From the NCBI GenBank assembly GCA_964016885.1, contig OZ024740.1:11966001-12030000 (forward strand): DNA of 64,000 nt, in the 5' to 3' direction. This document shows positions 52,501 through 64,000 of this stretch, in pieces (the first letter of the stretch is position 1; each line of letters begins with the position of its first letter). The translations under genes and the position numbers were made by a program. This stretch comes from Eledone cirrhosa. Its lineage: Eukaryota. The notes beneath the pieces were generated by a model, which was not told the origin of the DNA, did not search any database, and was given only the letters and a program-made list of their open reading frames with translations.

Positions 52501-54041
52501 GTGAGAGAATTCTGGTTGGATATGGCCAGTTTGAACAGAAAGAGGTGAGTGAATTCTGGCTGGATATGGCTGGTTTGAACAGAAAGAGCTGAGAGAATTC
52601 TGGCTGGATATGGCCAGTTTGAACAGAAAGAGGTGAGAGAATTCTGGCTGGATATGGCTGGTTTGAACAGAAAGAGGTAAGAGAATTCTGGCTGGATATG
52701 GCCAGTTTGAACAGAAAGAGGTGAGAGAATTCTGGCTGGATATGGCTGGTTTGAACAGAAAGAAGTGAGAGAATTCTGGCTGGATATGGCTGGTTTGAAC
52801 AGAAAGAGGTGAGAGAATTCTGGCTGGATATGGCCGGTTTGAACAGAAAGAGGTAAGAGATTTCTGGCTGGATATGGCTGGTTTGAACAGAAAGAAGTGA
52901 GAGAATTCTGGCTGGATATGGCTGATTTGAACAGAAAGAAATGAGAGAATTCTGGCTGGATATGGCCAGTTTGAACAGAAAGAGGTGAGAGAATTCTGGC
53001 TGGATATGGCTGGTTTGAACAGAAAGAGGTGAGAGAATTCTGGCTGGATATGGCCAGTTTGAACAGAAAGAGGTGAGTGAATTCTGGCTGGATATGGCTG
53101 GGTTGAACAGAAAGAGGTAAATGAATTCTGGCTGGATATGGCTGGTTTGAACAGAAAGAGGTGAGAGAATTCTGGCTAGATATGGCCAGTTTGAACAGAA
53201 AGAGGTGAGTGAATTCTGGCTGGATATGGCTGGGTTGAACAGAAAGAGGTAAATGAATTCTGGCTGGATATGGCTGGTTTGAACAGAAAGAGGTGAGAGA
53301 ATTCTGGCTGGATATGGCTGGTTTGAACAGAAAGAAGTGAGAGAATTCTGGCTGGATATGGCTGGTTTGAACAGAAAGAAGTGAGAGAATTCTGGCTGGA
53401 TATGGCTGGTTTGAACAGAAAGAGGTAAGAGAATTCTGGCTGGATATGGCTGGTTTGAACAGAAAGAGGTAAGAGAATTCTGGCTGGATATGGCTGGTTT
53501 GAACAGAAAGAAGTGAGAGAATTCTGGCTGGATATGGCTGGTTTGAACAGAAAGAGGTAAGAGAATTCTGGCTGGATATGGCTGGTTTGAACAGAAAGAG
53601 GTAAGAGAATTCTGGCTGGATATGGCTGGTTTGAACAGAAAGAAGTGAGAGAATTCTGGCTGGATATGGCTGGTTTGAACAGAAAGAGGTGAGAGAATTC
53701 TGACTGGATATGGCTGGTTTGAACAGAAAGAGGTGAGAGAATTCTGGCTGGATATGGCTGGTTTGAACAGAAAGAGGTGAGAGAATTCTGGCTGGATATG
53801 GCTGGTTTAAACAGAAAGAGGTGAGAGATTTCTGACTGGATATGGCTGGTTTGAACAGAAAGAGGTGAGAGATTTCTGACTGGATATGGCTGGTTTGAAC
53901 AGAAAGAGGTGAGAGAATTCTGGCTAGATATGGCTGGTTTAAACAGAAAGAGGTGAGAGATTTCTGACTGGATATGGCTGGTTTGAACAGAAAGAGGTGA
54001 GAGAATTCTGGCTGGATATGGCTGGTTTAAATGCAAAAAGG
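28539..54041. mobile_element. Putative TTAA-flanked (piggyBac-like) MITE whose internal subrepeat has expanded into the satellite
   Basis: Left TTAA|TCCTTTAGTATTTA (28535-28552); right TAAATGCAAAAAGG|TTAA (54028-54045); TIRs match 10/14 plus TTAA on both sides; last satellite unit runs directly into the right TIR. Confidence 0.68.
28679..54030. repeat. 44-bp satellite array, ~25.3 kb, about 575 units
   Basis: Consensus GAACAGAAAGAGGTGAGAGAATTCTGGCTGGATATGGCTGGTTT (contains EcoRI site GAATTC); 3 units = 132 nt = the 44-aa period of the minus-strand ORFs. Confidence 0.99.
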
Positions 54042-54391
54042 TTAAATATCTTCCAACATAATTATATATAAGAATATTTTGGAATATTACAAAAACCATT
54101 TAAATAATTAAATAATAATTATATCTGTGTATCTGTTACCCATATGTATACAACCATAGCCATGTGTATCTGTGTCAACCCTATCCTTGTCATAATAAAT
54201 GATAGGAAGGGCATCCCTCTGTAAAACTTTCCTTCAAAACGTCCCATCCCAACCATACCAACTTGAAAATGCTGATATAAAAATCATGATTATAGTAAAT
54301 CTGTCCAAATGTATCATTAATTAATTGAAATACAGTATATGTCATTAGAAATTTGGTAATGAGATGGTTAATGAGTGTATCCATAGATTGT

Positions 54392-54455
54392 GAAGGCGCG
54401 TGGCTGAGTGGTTAGAGAATTGGATTTGCAATCGTGAAGTTGTGAGTTCAATTCA
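54392..54455 (+). mobile_element. tRNA-like SINE head (A and B boxes)
   Basis: GGCGCGTGGCTGAGTGGTTAGAG...GTGAGTTCAATTC; no complete cloverleaf. Confidence 0.7.
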
Positions 54456-56575
54456 CATTGCTCCTTCTGGATTTGTGACCAGTAGATAGTTTTAGCAACT
54501 GAAAAGACCAATGGAAACATTGTTTCCTCGGTCCAATTTGACGAGTTCCACTCCACTCGTTAAGCGAACGAGGTCTGGAATTTTGTCAATTGACTGTTAT
54601 TAATAGAGGCTCTGCTCAGTGTCTGAAAATGATGGACAACTTCACTGTTTGCACCACAGCAAGATAACTTTTGAACTACCATAGAATAAAATTCACAATC
54701 ATTTCACCACTAATGGGCCCCATTTATTTAACCTTTTCATTACCATATTTCTAATGGAAGAGTCTATAAATTTCAAGACCTTTTGAAAATACTCAAAAGT
54801 TCTTACATAAAGTTAAGATGGAAGCTTATTATATAAATAAAAGGGTTGGCCTCAGAAAGGGCATTTGGTTGTAAAACATCCCATCCAGCCCATGCTAGTA
54901 TGGAAAAGTGGACATAAAAACAATGATGATGATGATGTTAAACACTTTAAACAGCTTTGTATTGGGGTGGTTCAGACTGTTTGATATCAAAAGAGAAAAA
55001 TGAATTTCCCTAAAGATATCCCAGGTATTTTTATTGGTCTATCAACTAAACAAGTTGACAGATATCCAGTACTACCTTTGTCACCCTCTCTATCCCCACC
55101 TTATTGGTCCATGGACAACAGGTTGGCAACAACTGGTATACAGCAATGTCCCCCTACTCCCATATCATTGGTCCATGGACAACAGGGAACTGGTATACAG
55201 CAATGGACTGCTACAAAGCAAAAGGGTTTTTTTAATCACAGAGAATTTGGAGATAGAAAGAAATTCCATCATTTGGCATGTAACGCAGGGGAGCCATACC
55301 CTACATGCTGACCCAGTGCAGGTTGGTAGGTAGGGGATGGATGTGGTCTTGGTCTGGAACCACGATCCCAATCTTCTCAACATCGTTGAACATGCTTGGC
55401 ATAGCTTGATTTTTCCTCGGTCCTCACAGGCCCATCCATTTTTCCACACTTGCATGGGACGGTAACTTCATACCTGTTCATGGCCTCTCAACACCTGATG
55501 CTTGTTCTTTGGATAACTTTCTGAACTCAACTTCCAGAAACTGTCACAAGAGCCATCTCAGCTGAGTCATGGGTTTTTTTTGCTGGATGCCCTTCCTATC
55601 ACCAACCACATTACAGCATGGACCTGGTACATTTTATTAAGCCACCAACACTGGGGATGTCTGACAGGATTTAAGGACCCTCTCTACTCTGTATCAGATT
55701 ATATTCAGAGACACTGCTCTCCTGGACAGGTTGCCTTTGCTACAGCTTACAGAGTCCCTGTATCTCACCACCTGGAATGAAGTAAATAATTTATTGACCC
55801 TACCCCCTGCCCCCACACTCAGTAAACCAATGCTGTTATTGTTCACTAATGCCAGATATAAATAGCAAAGTAAAATGTATTGTATATACAAATATTATTA
55901 TGAACTGATCTATTTGAACTATTGAATTGATTGATTTGTCGATTCTCCCATTGACAGGCAAACCTGTATACTTAAGAGTTATTTTGCAGCCACAAGGCTT
56001 TTTGCTTCTATCCCATTGTATAACACCTTGAGCAAGTGTTATTTACTGTAGCTCCAGACTGACCAATGCCATGAGTGGATTTGATTGACAGAAACTGTAC
56101 AAATACTTTTATATATTTGTGTGTTTCCAGGTTTTTGCTTCATATTTGACACCATTAGCACAAGTGGTAACATTTGTTTATGTTCCACATAAACATAAGT
56201 CCAGTTCAACATGCAAAGGGTTGACATGAGGAAGGACATCCAACAGTAAAATACTAAAAAACTTTCATCCAACCCATGCTAGCATGGAACAACATGGTAA
56301 AATGATAATCATTATCATGAAAGTCCTCATCATGGTTGTGCGTCATATTCTGTAATCTAAGAATTTTGAACCAAAGCTCTTATTCTGACCAAGGGAGTAA
56401 ACTTCTCATTTTGTTCTCCATGTTTGGGATATCCTTGTGTTAGTTACTTGTGGTGCCTACTTTTTTTACTTAAACTAGAGTATATAGGGTTTAGTTGAAA
56501 ATTCCAAGAACATTACCAAATATAACTGACACATAAGAATGACTGGTGGATCACAAGTCTGAATAAATCAGTTGA

Positions 56576-56730
56576 TAATAATGGTTTCTGATTTAGGCAC
56601 AAGGCCAACAATTTGGGAGGAGGTGTAAGTCAATTAAATCCATCCCAGTACATTACTGGTACTTTATTTTATCGACCCCGTAAGGATGAAAAGCAAAGCT
56701 AACCAAGGCTGGATTTCAACTCAGAACGCA
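56576..56730 (-). mobile_element. Nin/Deu-domain-like SINE, 3' part
   Basis: aataatggtttctgatttaggcacaaggcc...tttatcgaccccgtaaggatgaaaagcaaag...atttcaactcagaac. Confidence 0.85.
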
Positions 56731-56929
56731 TGTTGTCTGACACTCTACTGCTAATATTAATAATAGTTATTCACCTCAGAAATTCAGACATTATCATTAT
56801 CAGCAACATTTAATATCTGCTTTCCCAGCTGGCAAGGATTGGACTACAGTGGACAGAGGCACCTATGAGGAATTAAACAGTATTTCTCAAATACCAAGTG
56901 AATGTGTTACCATTGCACTAATGAGTGAC

Positions 56930-57170
<241 letters not shown>

Positions 57171-57211
57171 CATTTTATTTTTCTATTATATGCTATACTT
57201 GCATAATCTCC

Positions 57212-57544
57212 TGTTGTATTCCATCTGTTCTCTAAACAACTTTATTAGCTCCGCTGTTTGTTGTTCCGCCATGTTTTTGTGATAAACAATTTCCTGGCAA
57301 TGTAGGTAAATCCTATCGGCGACGCCAATAAACTCTGTTGTATTCCTCTCGGTACTCGCAGAGAAAAGACGAGTTATGTCAAATAATGTGTAATTTGCGA
57401 AACGACCAAAACGCCCCTCCTCGCAGTAGAAGAATAACAAAGTGAAAATGGTGAAGACATGGACATGGTGTGCGCCATCAAAGCTCTCAGTCTTCAGTCC
57501 ATACAATAATGAGGTTGTGAGTTCGATTCCCAGTCCATACAACA
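57212..57544 (-). mobile_element. 333-bp internally deleted derivative of the Gypsy family at 1-3723 (rearranged 5' LTR, PBS, gag start, last 11 bp of LTR), CTCC target duplication
   Basis: LTR homology 57336-57544; PBS TGGCGTCGCCGATAGGATT (57309-57327); ATG GCG GAA CAA (MAEQQTAELIKLFREQME); terminus GGAATACAACA; CTCC at 57208-57211 and 57545-57548. Confidence 0.9.
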
Positions 57545-57851
57545 CTCCTGCTAACTAAAACTTTTGTGTTTGCTGAATTTATTGTGAAGGTGGATGGCTT
57601 AGTGGTAAGGGTGTTGAACTTGAGATCCTAATGCTATGGATTCAATTCCTGCTATGTAAAGAATTGAATGTGGACAAAAGAAAGTAGACAAAAGAAAACA
57701 TGAAAGAAATGCTGATTCAACAGAACCTTAAAAGAGATGACAAATAAATGTAACAAGTGATGAAACAGTACATATAAGCATGGAAAAGCAGATGTAAAAA
57801 TAAGAGAAAAACAATATTTATGGCATCACTTCTCTCCCCTACAAAGTGGGA

Positions 57852-57965
57852 AAGACAGCCAATAGCAAGCAAGCTTATATACAGCTACTCATAAAGACAG
57901 CCAATAGCAAGCAAGCTTATATACAGCTACTCATAAAGACAGCCAATAGCAAGCAAGCTTATATA
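57852..57965. repeat. 42-bp tandem repeat, about 2.7 copies
   Basis: AAGACAGCCAATAGCAAGCAAGCTTATATACAGCTACTCATA repeated. Confidence 0.92.
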
Positions 57966-58177
57966 GAGTTATTCCTCGACTTACAGCCATGTTCCAATCT
58001 ACCGGGTCATATGGATGTGAAGACCTCTTTATATAATCTGGGGAGAGTTAATACCTTATATGTAGTGACTGTGTAACTCATACAATCTTTCTTATGCAAT
58101 ATATTACATGCAAGTTACCATATTTTACTTTTATCTTTCTATAGCTTGCTTACTATTATTTCATATTATAACACAGA

Positions 58178-58398
58178 GGGTGGTGGATTGGCGGTATTGG
58201 TAAAGCATCAGACACCATGCTTTGCAGCATAGAGTTGTGGCCCTTTACGTTCTGAGTTCAAATGCCACCGAGGTTAGCTTTGCCTTTCATCCTTACAAGG
58301 GTTGATAAAATAAAGTACCAGTAATGCACTGAGGTCGATTTAATCAACTTTCAATTTCCCCAAATTGTTGGCCTTGTGCCTAAATCAGAAACCATATT
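58178..58398 (+). mobile_element. Intact-length tRNA-derived SINE with Nin/Deu-domain-like core
   Basis: A box TGGCGGTATTGG, B box GAGTTCAAATGC, core GCCTTTCATCCTT...GATAAAATAAAGTACCAG, tail GGCCTTGTGCCTAAATCAGAAACCAT. Confidence 0.85.
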
Positions 58399-59062
58399 AT
58401 AACACAAACCACACTAACTAGTATATGTTACAGATAGTATATTATAACATGAAGAGAGCCAGGCTGGGAATGTTTTAATGTCAAGATGAATATAAAATGA
58501 AACCATGATGATAGAAGGCCCTGGAAACAGCTTGTTCTAATTAGTTTAATGTATTTCTCATCATAAGCAATACAGAGGGAGTGGGTAAGAAGACATGGGG
58601 TTGTGTAACAGATGTCAGAAGAACATGTAAAAATATAAATGATTGTAAACTACATGTGTTCAGAAATTGCATAAGTTGTATCTCAGTGGATGCATCCGTG
58701 TGTGTGGCTGTGTATACAACATACACTAGATTATTAGATTATACAAGCCAATGATCATCTCTAAACAGTCACTTGACCTGCTAGAATTAACAGCAAAGTC
58801 TCCATCAGATAACTATTCCTAGAATACAATCATAGATGCTCACAGCTAGAATGCCTTTCGTTATAGCTAAGTGTCAACTATATGCTTCTCATAAAAAAGT
58901 CTCACATTCTACCGAGTGCACAGGAGAGGTTGTCATGTCTTTGACACTTGAGAGTCCTCCCAATATATAGTATAGTTGATTTACTGGCTCTCTCTCTCTC
59001 TCTCTCTGTGCTATACTTTTGTCTATATATGTATTAACTATCTATTTTTAATATTAACTTAT

Positions 59063-59375
59063 AAGTGAGACTAGCCAAGTTCATGGATGTTATCCAATGA
59101 CCCCGAGCAAGATGGTTGGATAACATCCATGAACTTGGCTGGCCTCACTTGGGGAAAGAATCACTAGACAGATTTTATGGGCAAAACCAAGTGGCAAGAG
59201 ACCCAGGCATAGACCCCAAGCAAGATGGTTGGATAACATCCATGAACTTGGCTAGTCTCACTTGGGATCCAGAAGAATCAGTTGGTGATGTTTGCTTCAG
59301 ACAGGACTTGCTGGGAGGAGTGTTTAAGAATTCTGACCCCACAATCCTCTCAGGAATAAGTGGGCAAAGAAGGGA
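59063..59375 (+). mobile_element. 3' fragment of an RTE-like LINE with 5' inversion/duplication
   Basis: Reads AKPSGKRPRHRPQARWLDNIHELG(*)SHLG, resembling RTE C-termini (R.RGRP..RW.D); 35-bp inverted copy at the 5' end. Confidence 0.6.
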
Positions 59376-60809
59376 CATTACTAGAGCAATGGTAAGACTA
59401 AAGTGGACAACACAGATAATATATATTAAACATGATATGTACTCATAAGTTACAACAGTAGATAAGTCACATCCCTTTAATCATCATCATCATCATCATA
59501 CGTCCGCTTTTCCCTGCTTGCAAGGGTGGGACGGGAACTGATTCTGGCTTAATTTCTACAGCTGATGCCCTTCCTAACACCAACCTCATTTACAGTGAGT
59601 GCTAGGTGTTTTTTTTTGCTGTGGCACCTCCACGACCACTTTGCAGTGGAATGATAGGGACCCCAGTCCCTATCATCTCATTTCTACAGCTGAGTAAACT
59701 GGAGCAATGTGAAATAAAGTGTCTTGCTCAAGGAAACAACACATCACCCGGTCTGAGAATTATTATAATACTTATAATAATTTTATTTCAAGCCCAGAAC
59801 AAGGTCCAATAGATGTCTTATGTGGCATTTCAAGTCTGACTTTTTCCTTTAATATAAAACTACCACTCATCCACAAATGTATATACACTATATATGCAAA
59901 CACACTTTACTTATATATATACACACACTATATATGCAAACACACTTTATTTATATATATATACACTATATATACAAACACACTTTACTTCAAAATATAC
60001 ACAATCGTGCAGTCATGTTAAACAATACACACCACACAGGCTGACAAATACGCATACATTACAGATGTTAAACGATGCTAAAGATACATAAACATTATAA
60101 ATGCATGTGTGAGTATGTGTATGTATATATGTATGAGTGTCACATATATATCAGTGTGTATGTGCAGAGTGCATGTGTATATACACATATGCATGTTTGT
60201 ATATGTGTATGTGGTTTTGTGTGTATATGTGGAGGGTGCATGTATATATACATATGCATGTGTGAGAATGCACGTATGTATGCATAATGCATAAATGGAT
60301 ATAAAAAAGAAAATATACAAAAAGGAATAGAATGAAAGTGAAAATAGAGGAGGGGGGTGAGAATGCTGATGGATTGTGTGGAATGGAAAGGAATAATAGA
60401 GGAGACGAGCATGGAAGAGAGAAAGAGACAGGAAATGTTCAAAATGTCTGCCTAAAATGCATTGAATGTATATTATATATGAGCGACATCAAAACGTGGG
60501 ATAGGAGGAAGACAGAGGACAGCAAGAATGGTACAGTGGTTAATATGGAGGGTGTGGGGGCATAGAGACGCAAGAGGGGAGGGCTGGAGTCTCAAGTGGC
60601 ATGTTTATGTGTGTATGAGGGCAAAGAATCGATCATCAGGTGCTTGTTAGTTAGCAAGACTGGCATTTTAATGATGTGAAACTATGCTGATGAAGGGGGG
60701 GGGGGGGGGGGGGTGAAGGAGAAAATTCTTTAGAACCACCGGCCACAGACAGACTAATAATTGTTTACAGAGGGTCTGCTAGACAGAGAGAGAAGATTTT
60801 TAGATGGTG

Positions 60810-60863
60810 TTGAGAGAGAAAGAGTGACAGGGGAGAGAGCAAGGCTATTTGTAAAGAGATTTA

Positions 60864-60905
<42 letters not shown>

Positions 60906-61091
60906 GAGAGGAGAGAGAAAGAGAGAGAGAAAGGCAGTTTATAGAAAGATTTAGATGATGAGAGATACAGAGAGACTGGGAAGAATTGTTTACAGATGGG
61001 ATGCTAGTGTCAGAGAGAGCAAGGCAGCTAGTAGAACAATTGAGATAGAGACAAGGAGCAACTGTTTACAGATGATGGACTGCTAGTGTTT

Positions 61092-61138
<47 letters not shown>

Positions 61139-61181
61139 AGAGAGAGAGAGAGAGGAGAGAGAGCAGAGAGAGAGAGAGAGA

Positions 61182-61226
<45 letters not shown>
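60810..61226. repeat. (GA)n microsatellite cluster, preceded by a poly-G run at ~60694-60713
   Basis: Directly visible. Confidence 0.95.
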
Positions 61227-61232
<6 letters not shown>

Positions 61233-62640
61233 AACAATTTAGTCATAATAAATGTCTTTTGAACGTGACTAAAGTTACTGGTGCATTATATAACAGTACT
61301 GTAGTAATTTCTATAGAGAAACATGTTTCCATCATTTACTATAAACAATGATTTTTTTCTGTTAAAGACAACACAAGCAATATCTACATATTCCAACGAA
61401 GTATATATGAGACTTAAACACTATAGTTGACTTTAACGACTGCTGGAGAGAAATGGAGATTAATTGATATTTATAGAAAGATTACGATAGGAGTGTATTC
61501 AAAGACCCAGTATTCGATAAAGTGACAGTGCTTATAAGAAATAATAACGATGATAATAATGTATGAATATCATCATCAGACAGGGTTTATCATTAAATAT
61601 TGATGACGTGATATTGCCGGTCACAGAAGAATATGTGACAACTATTTCTTCAACTCCCAGCTGGAATAAACCATCTCCCTTCACATAGACTTTGCAAAGA
61701 GAAGAAGCATGAATATCTTAACATCCCACAGTGTATGTATATAGTCTGGAATTTGCAGACGAAACGACAAGAGCTTTCACGTCCGGTTCCTAATATATAT
61801 ATATATTTAATACAATAACAGAGATAGTTTAAAGCTAAACTCTGACTGGTAACCATCTCACTCAACAAACATTAGGTTATATTAAAATATAAACCCAATT
61901 TAAGTGTTTGGGGTGCTAACAATATGTATAATGTGGCAAAATCAGTTGTATTATTTTATGAGATATAATTAAAGTTAAATATATATAAAATGGAATAGAA
62001 TGAAATGAATATATACACTCTCTTTAATATATATACAAGGGGCGGTTCCCCAGCAGCCGGGTTGGCTGGGAACAGGTAAAAGAGTATGTATGTGTGTATA
62101 TAATATATATAGATATATAAGCTTCAAGCACAGGCATCGCTTGATATGTGACATTTATTGCGATACATGGCTGGCCATAGGCAAGTTCTAGCAGGACTAA
62201 AAACCCGCGTCCGTGATGCTGAAGTATCAAGCCATCATATACATATAAATATATATATACACACGTCCAACCCATGCTATCATAGAAAAGGAGGTATATA
62301 AATGACGATGATGATATATATTCATACACACACAATATATATATATATATACACACACACACAGATACATAGACACACACTTGCAAAATAAAATGATTAG
62401 TAAGAGAGAGCTTGATAGGATTAGTGCAAATAATACATCGCAGATAACACAACCACCATACTACTACCCCAACCATTACTGTCTCGATGCCACTACAATG
62501 CAGTCAGGGTTGTTTTTTTTATTATTCTGCATCTGTTGCTAGCAACGATTGCAACCAGCAACTCTGCAAAATCTATCTGAGCTTACACACAGACACACAC
62601 CAAGACGCCATTTTTAATTCCATCATCACCATAGTCATCA

Positions 62641-63743
<1,103 letters not shown>

Positions 63744-64000
63744 CATGTAACAAATAAATGTTACGCGCTAGCAACAGACATTCCTTATGTGTGTGTGTGT
63801 ACCTTTATATCCGTGTGTGTGTATCTGTATGTGTGTGTATGTATGTAGAGACAATTATCATATAAGCCGTTAGTGATTTCGCTAATTAGATGAACTGTTA
63901 TGTTAGTCTCAGAAGAGGAGAATTAACAGCGTGTGCCATGTCCCACCTGACAGATGATGATGATGTATGTGGAATGGAAAACATTGTCACACGGGACAAG

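Noticed and set aside
28679-54030. CRISPR-like array
   Set aside because: Units are contiguous tandem repeats without unique spacers; eukaryotic context, no cas genes.
28858-54099. Giant 300-1449-aa minus-strand ORFs as real genes
   Set aside because: They overlap in all three frames, follow a 44-bp DNA period, mostly lack ATG starts and are unaffected by indels; explained by a stop-free satellite strand.
54392-54460. tRNA gene (also 57585-57650, 58178-58270, 18228-18315)
   Set aside because: A/B boxes present but no acceptor-stem pairing or cloverleaf; these are SINE heads.
55114-55210. ~63-bp two-copy tandem duplication
   Set aside because: Real but appears to be an ordinary local duplication with no further structure.

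Overview
Repeat-dominated, AT-rich eukaryotic (metazoan) DNA with no convincing host exon. The SINE/MITE/LINE families and microsatellite density suggest a mollusc, probably a cephalopod such as Octopus (inference). In order: 3' part of a Ty3/Gypsy (Mag-like) LTR retrotransposon with PPT and 3' LTR (1-3723); 30-bp and ~52-bp minisatellites, the latter interrupted by a non-autonomous Helitron-like element; a 5'-truncated RTE LINE carrying a PHD-like finger; a foldback element; hammerhead-ribozyme-like motifs; two fragments of a CRE-type (RLE) non-LTR element; a full-length CR1-type LINE nested inside a TSD-flanked tRNA-derived SINE; a TIR-complete DD34D mariner; and a ~25.3-kb array of a 44-bp satellite (about 575 units) that appears to sit inside the termini of a TTAA-flanked MITE. 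The right end holds SINEs, microsatellites and a 333-bp TSD-flanked mini-derivative of the same Gypsy family whose LTR promoter region is replaced by an antisense piece of pol. The giant 'ORFs' in 28.8-54 kb are artefacts of a stop-free satellite strand. All coordinates and alignments were read by eye.
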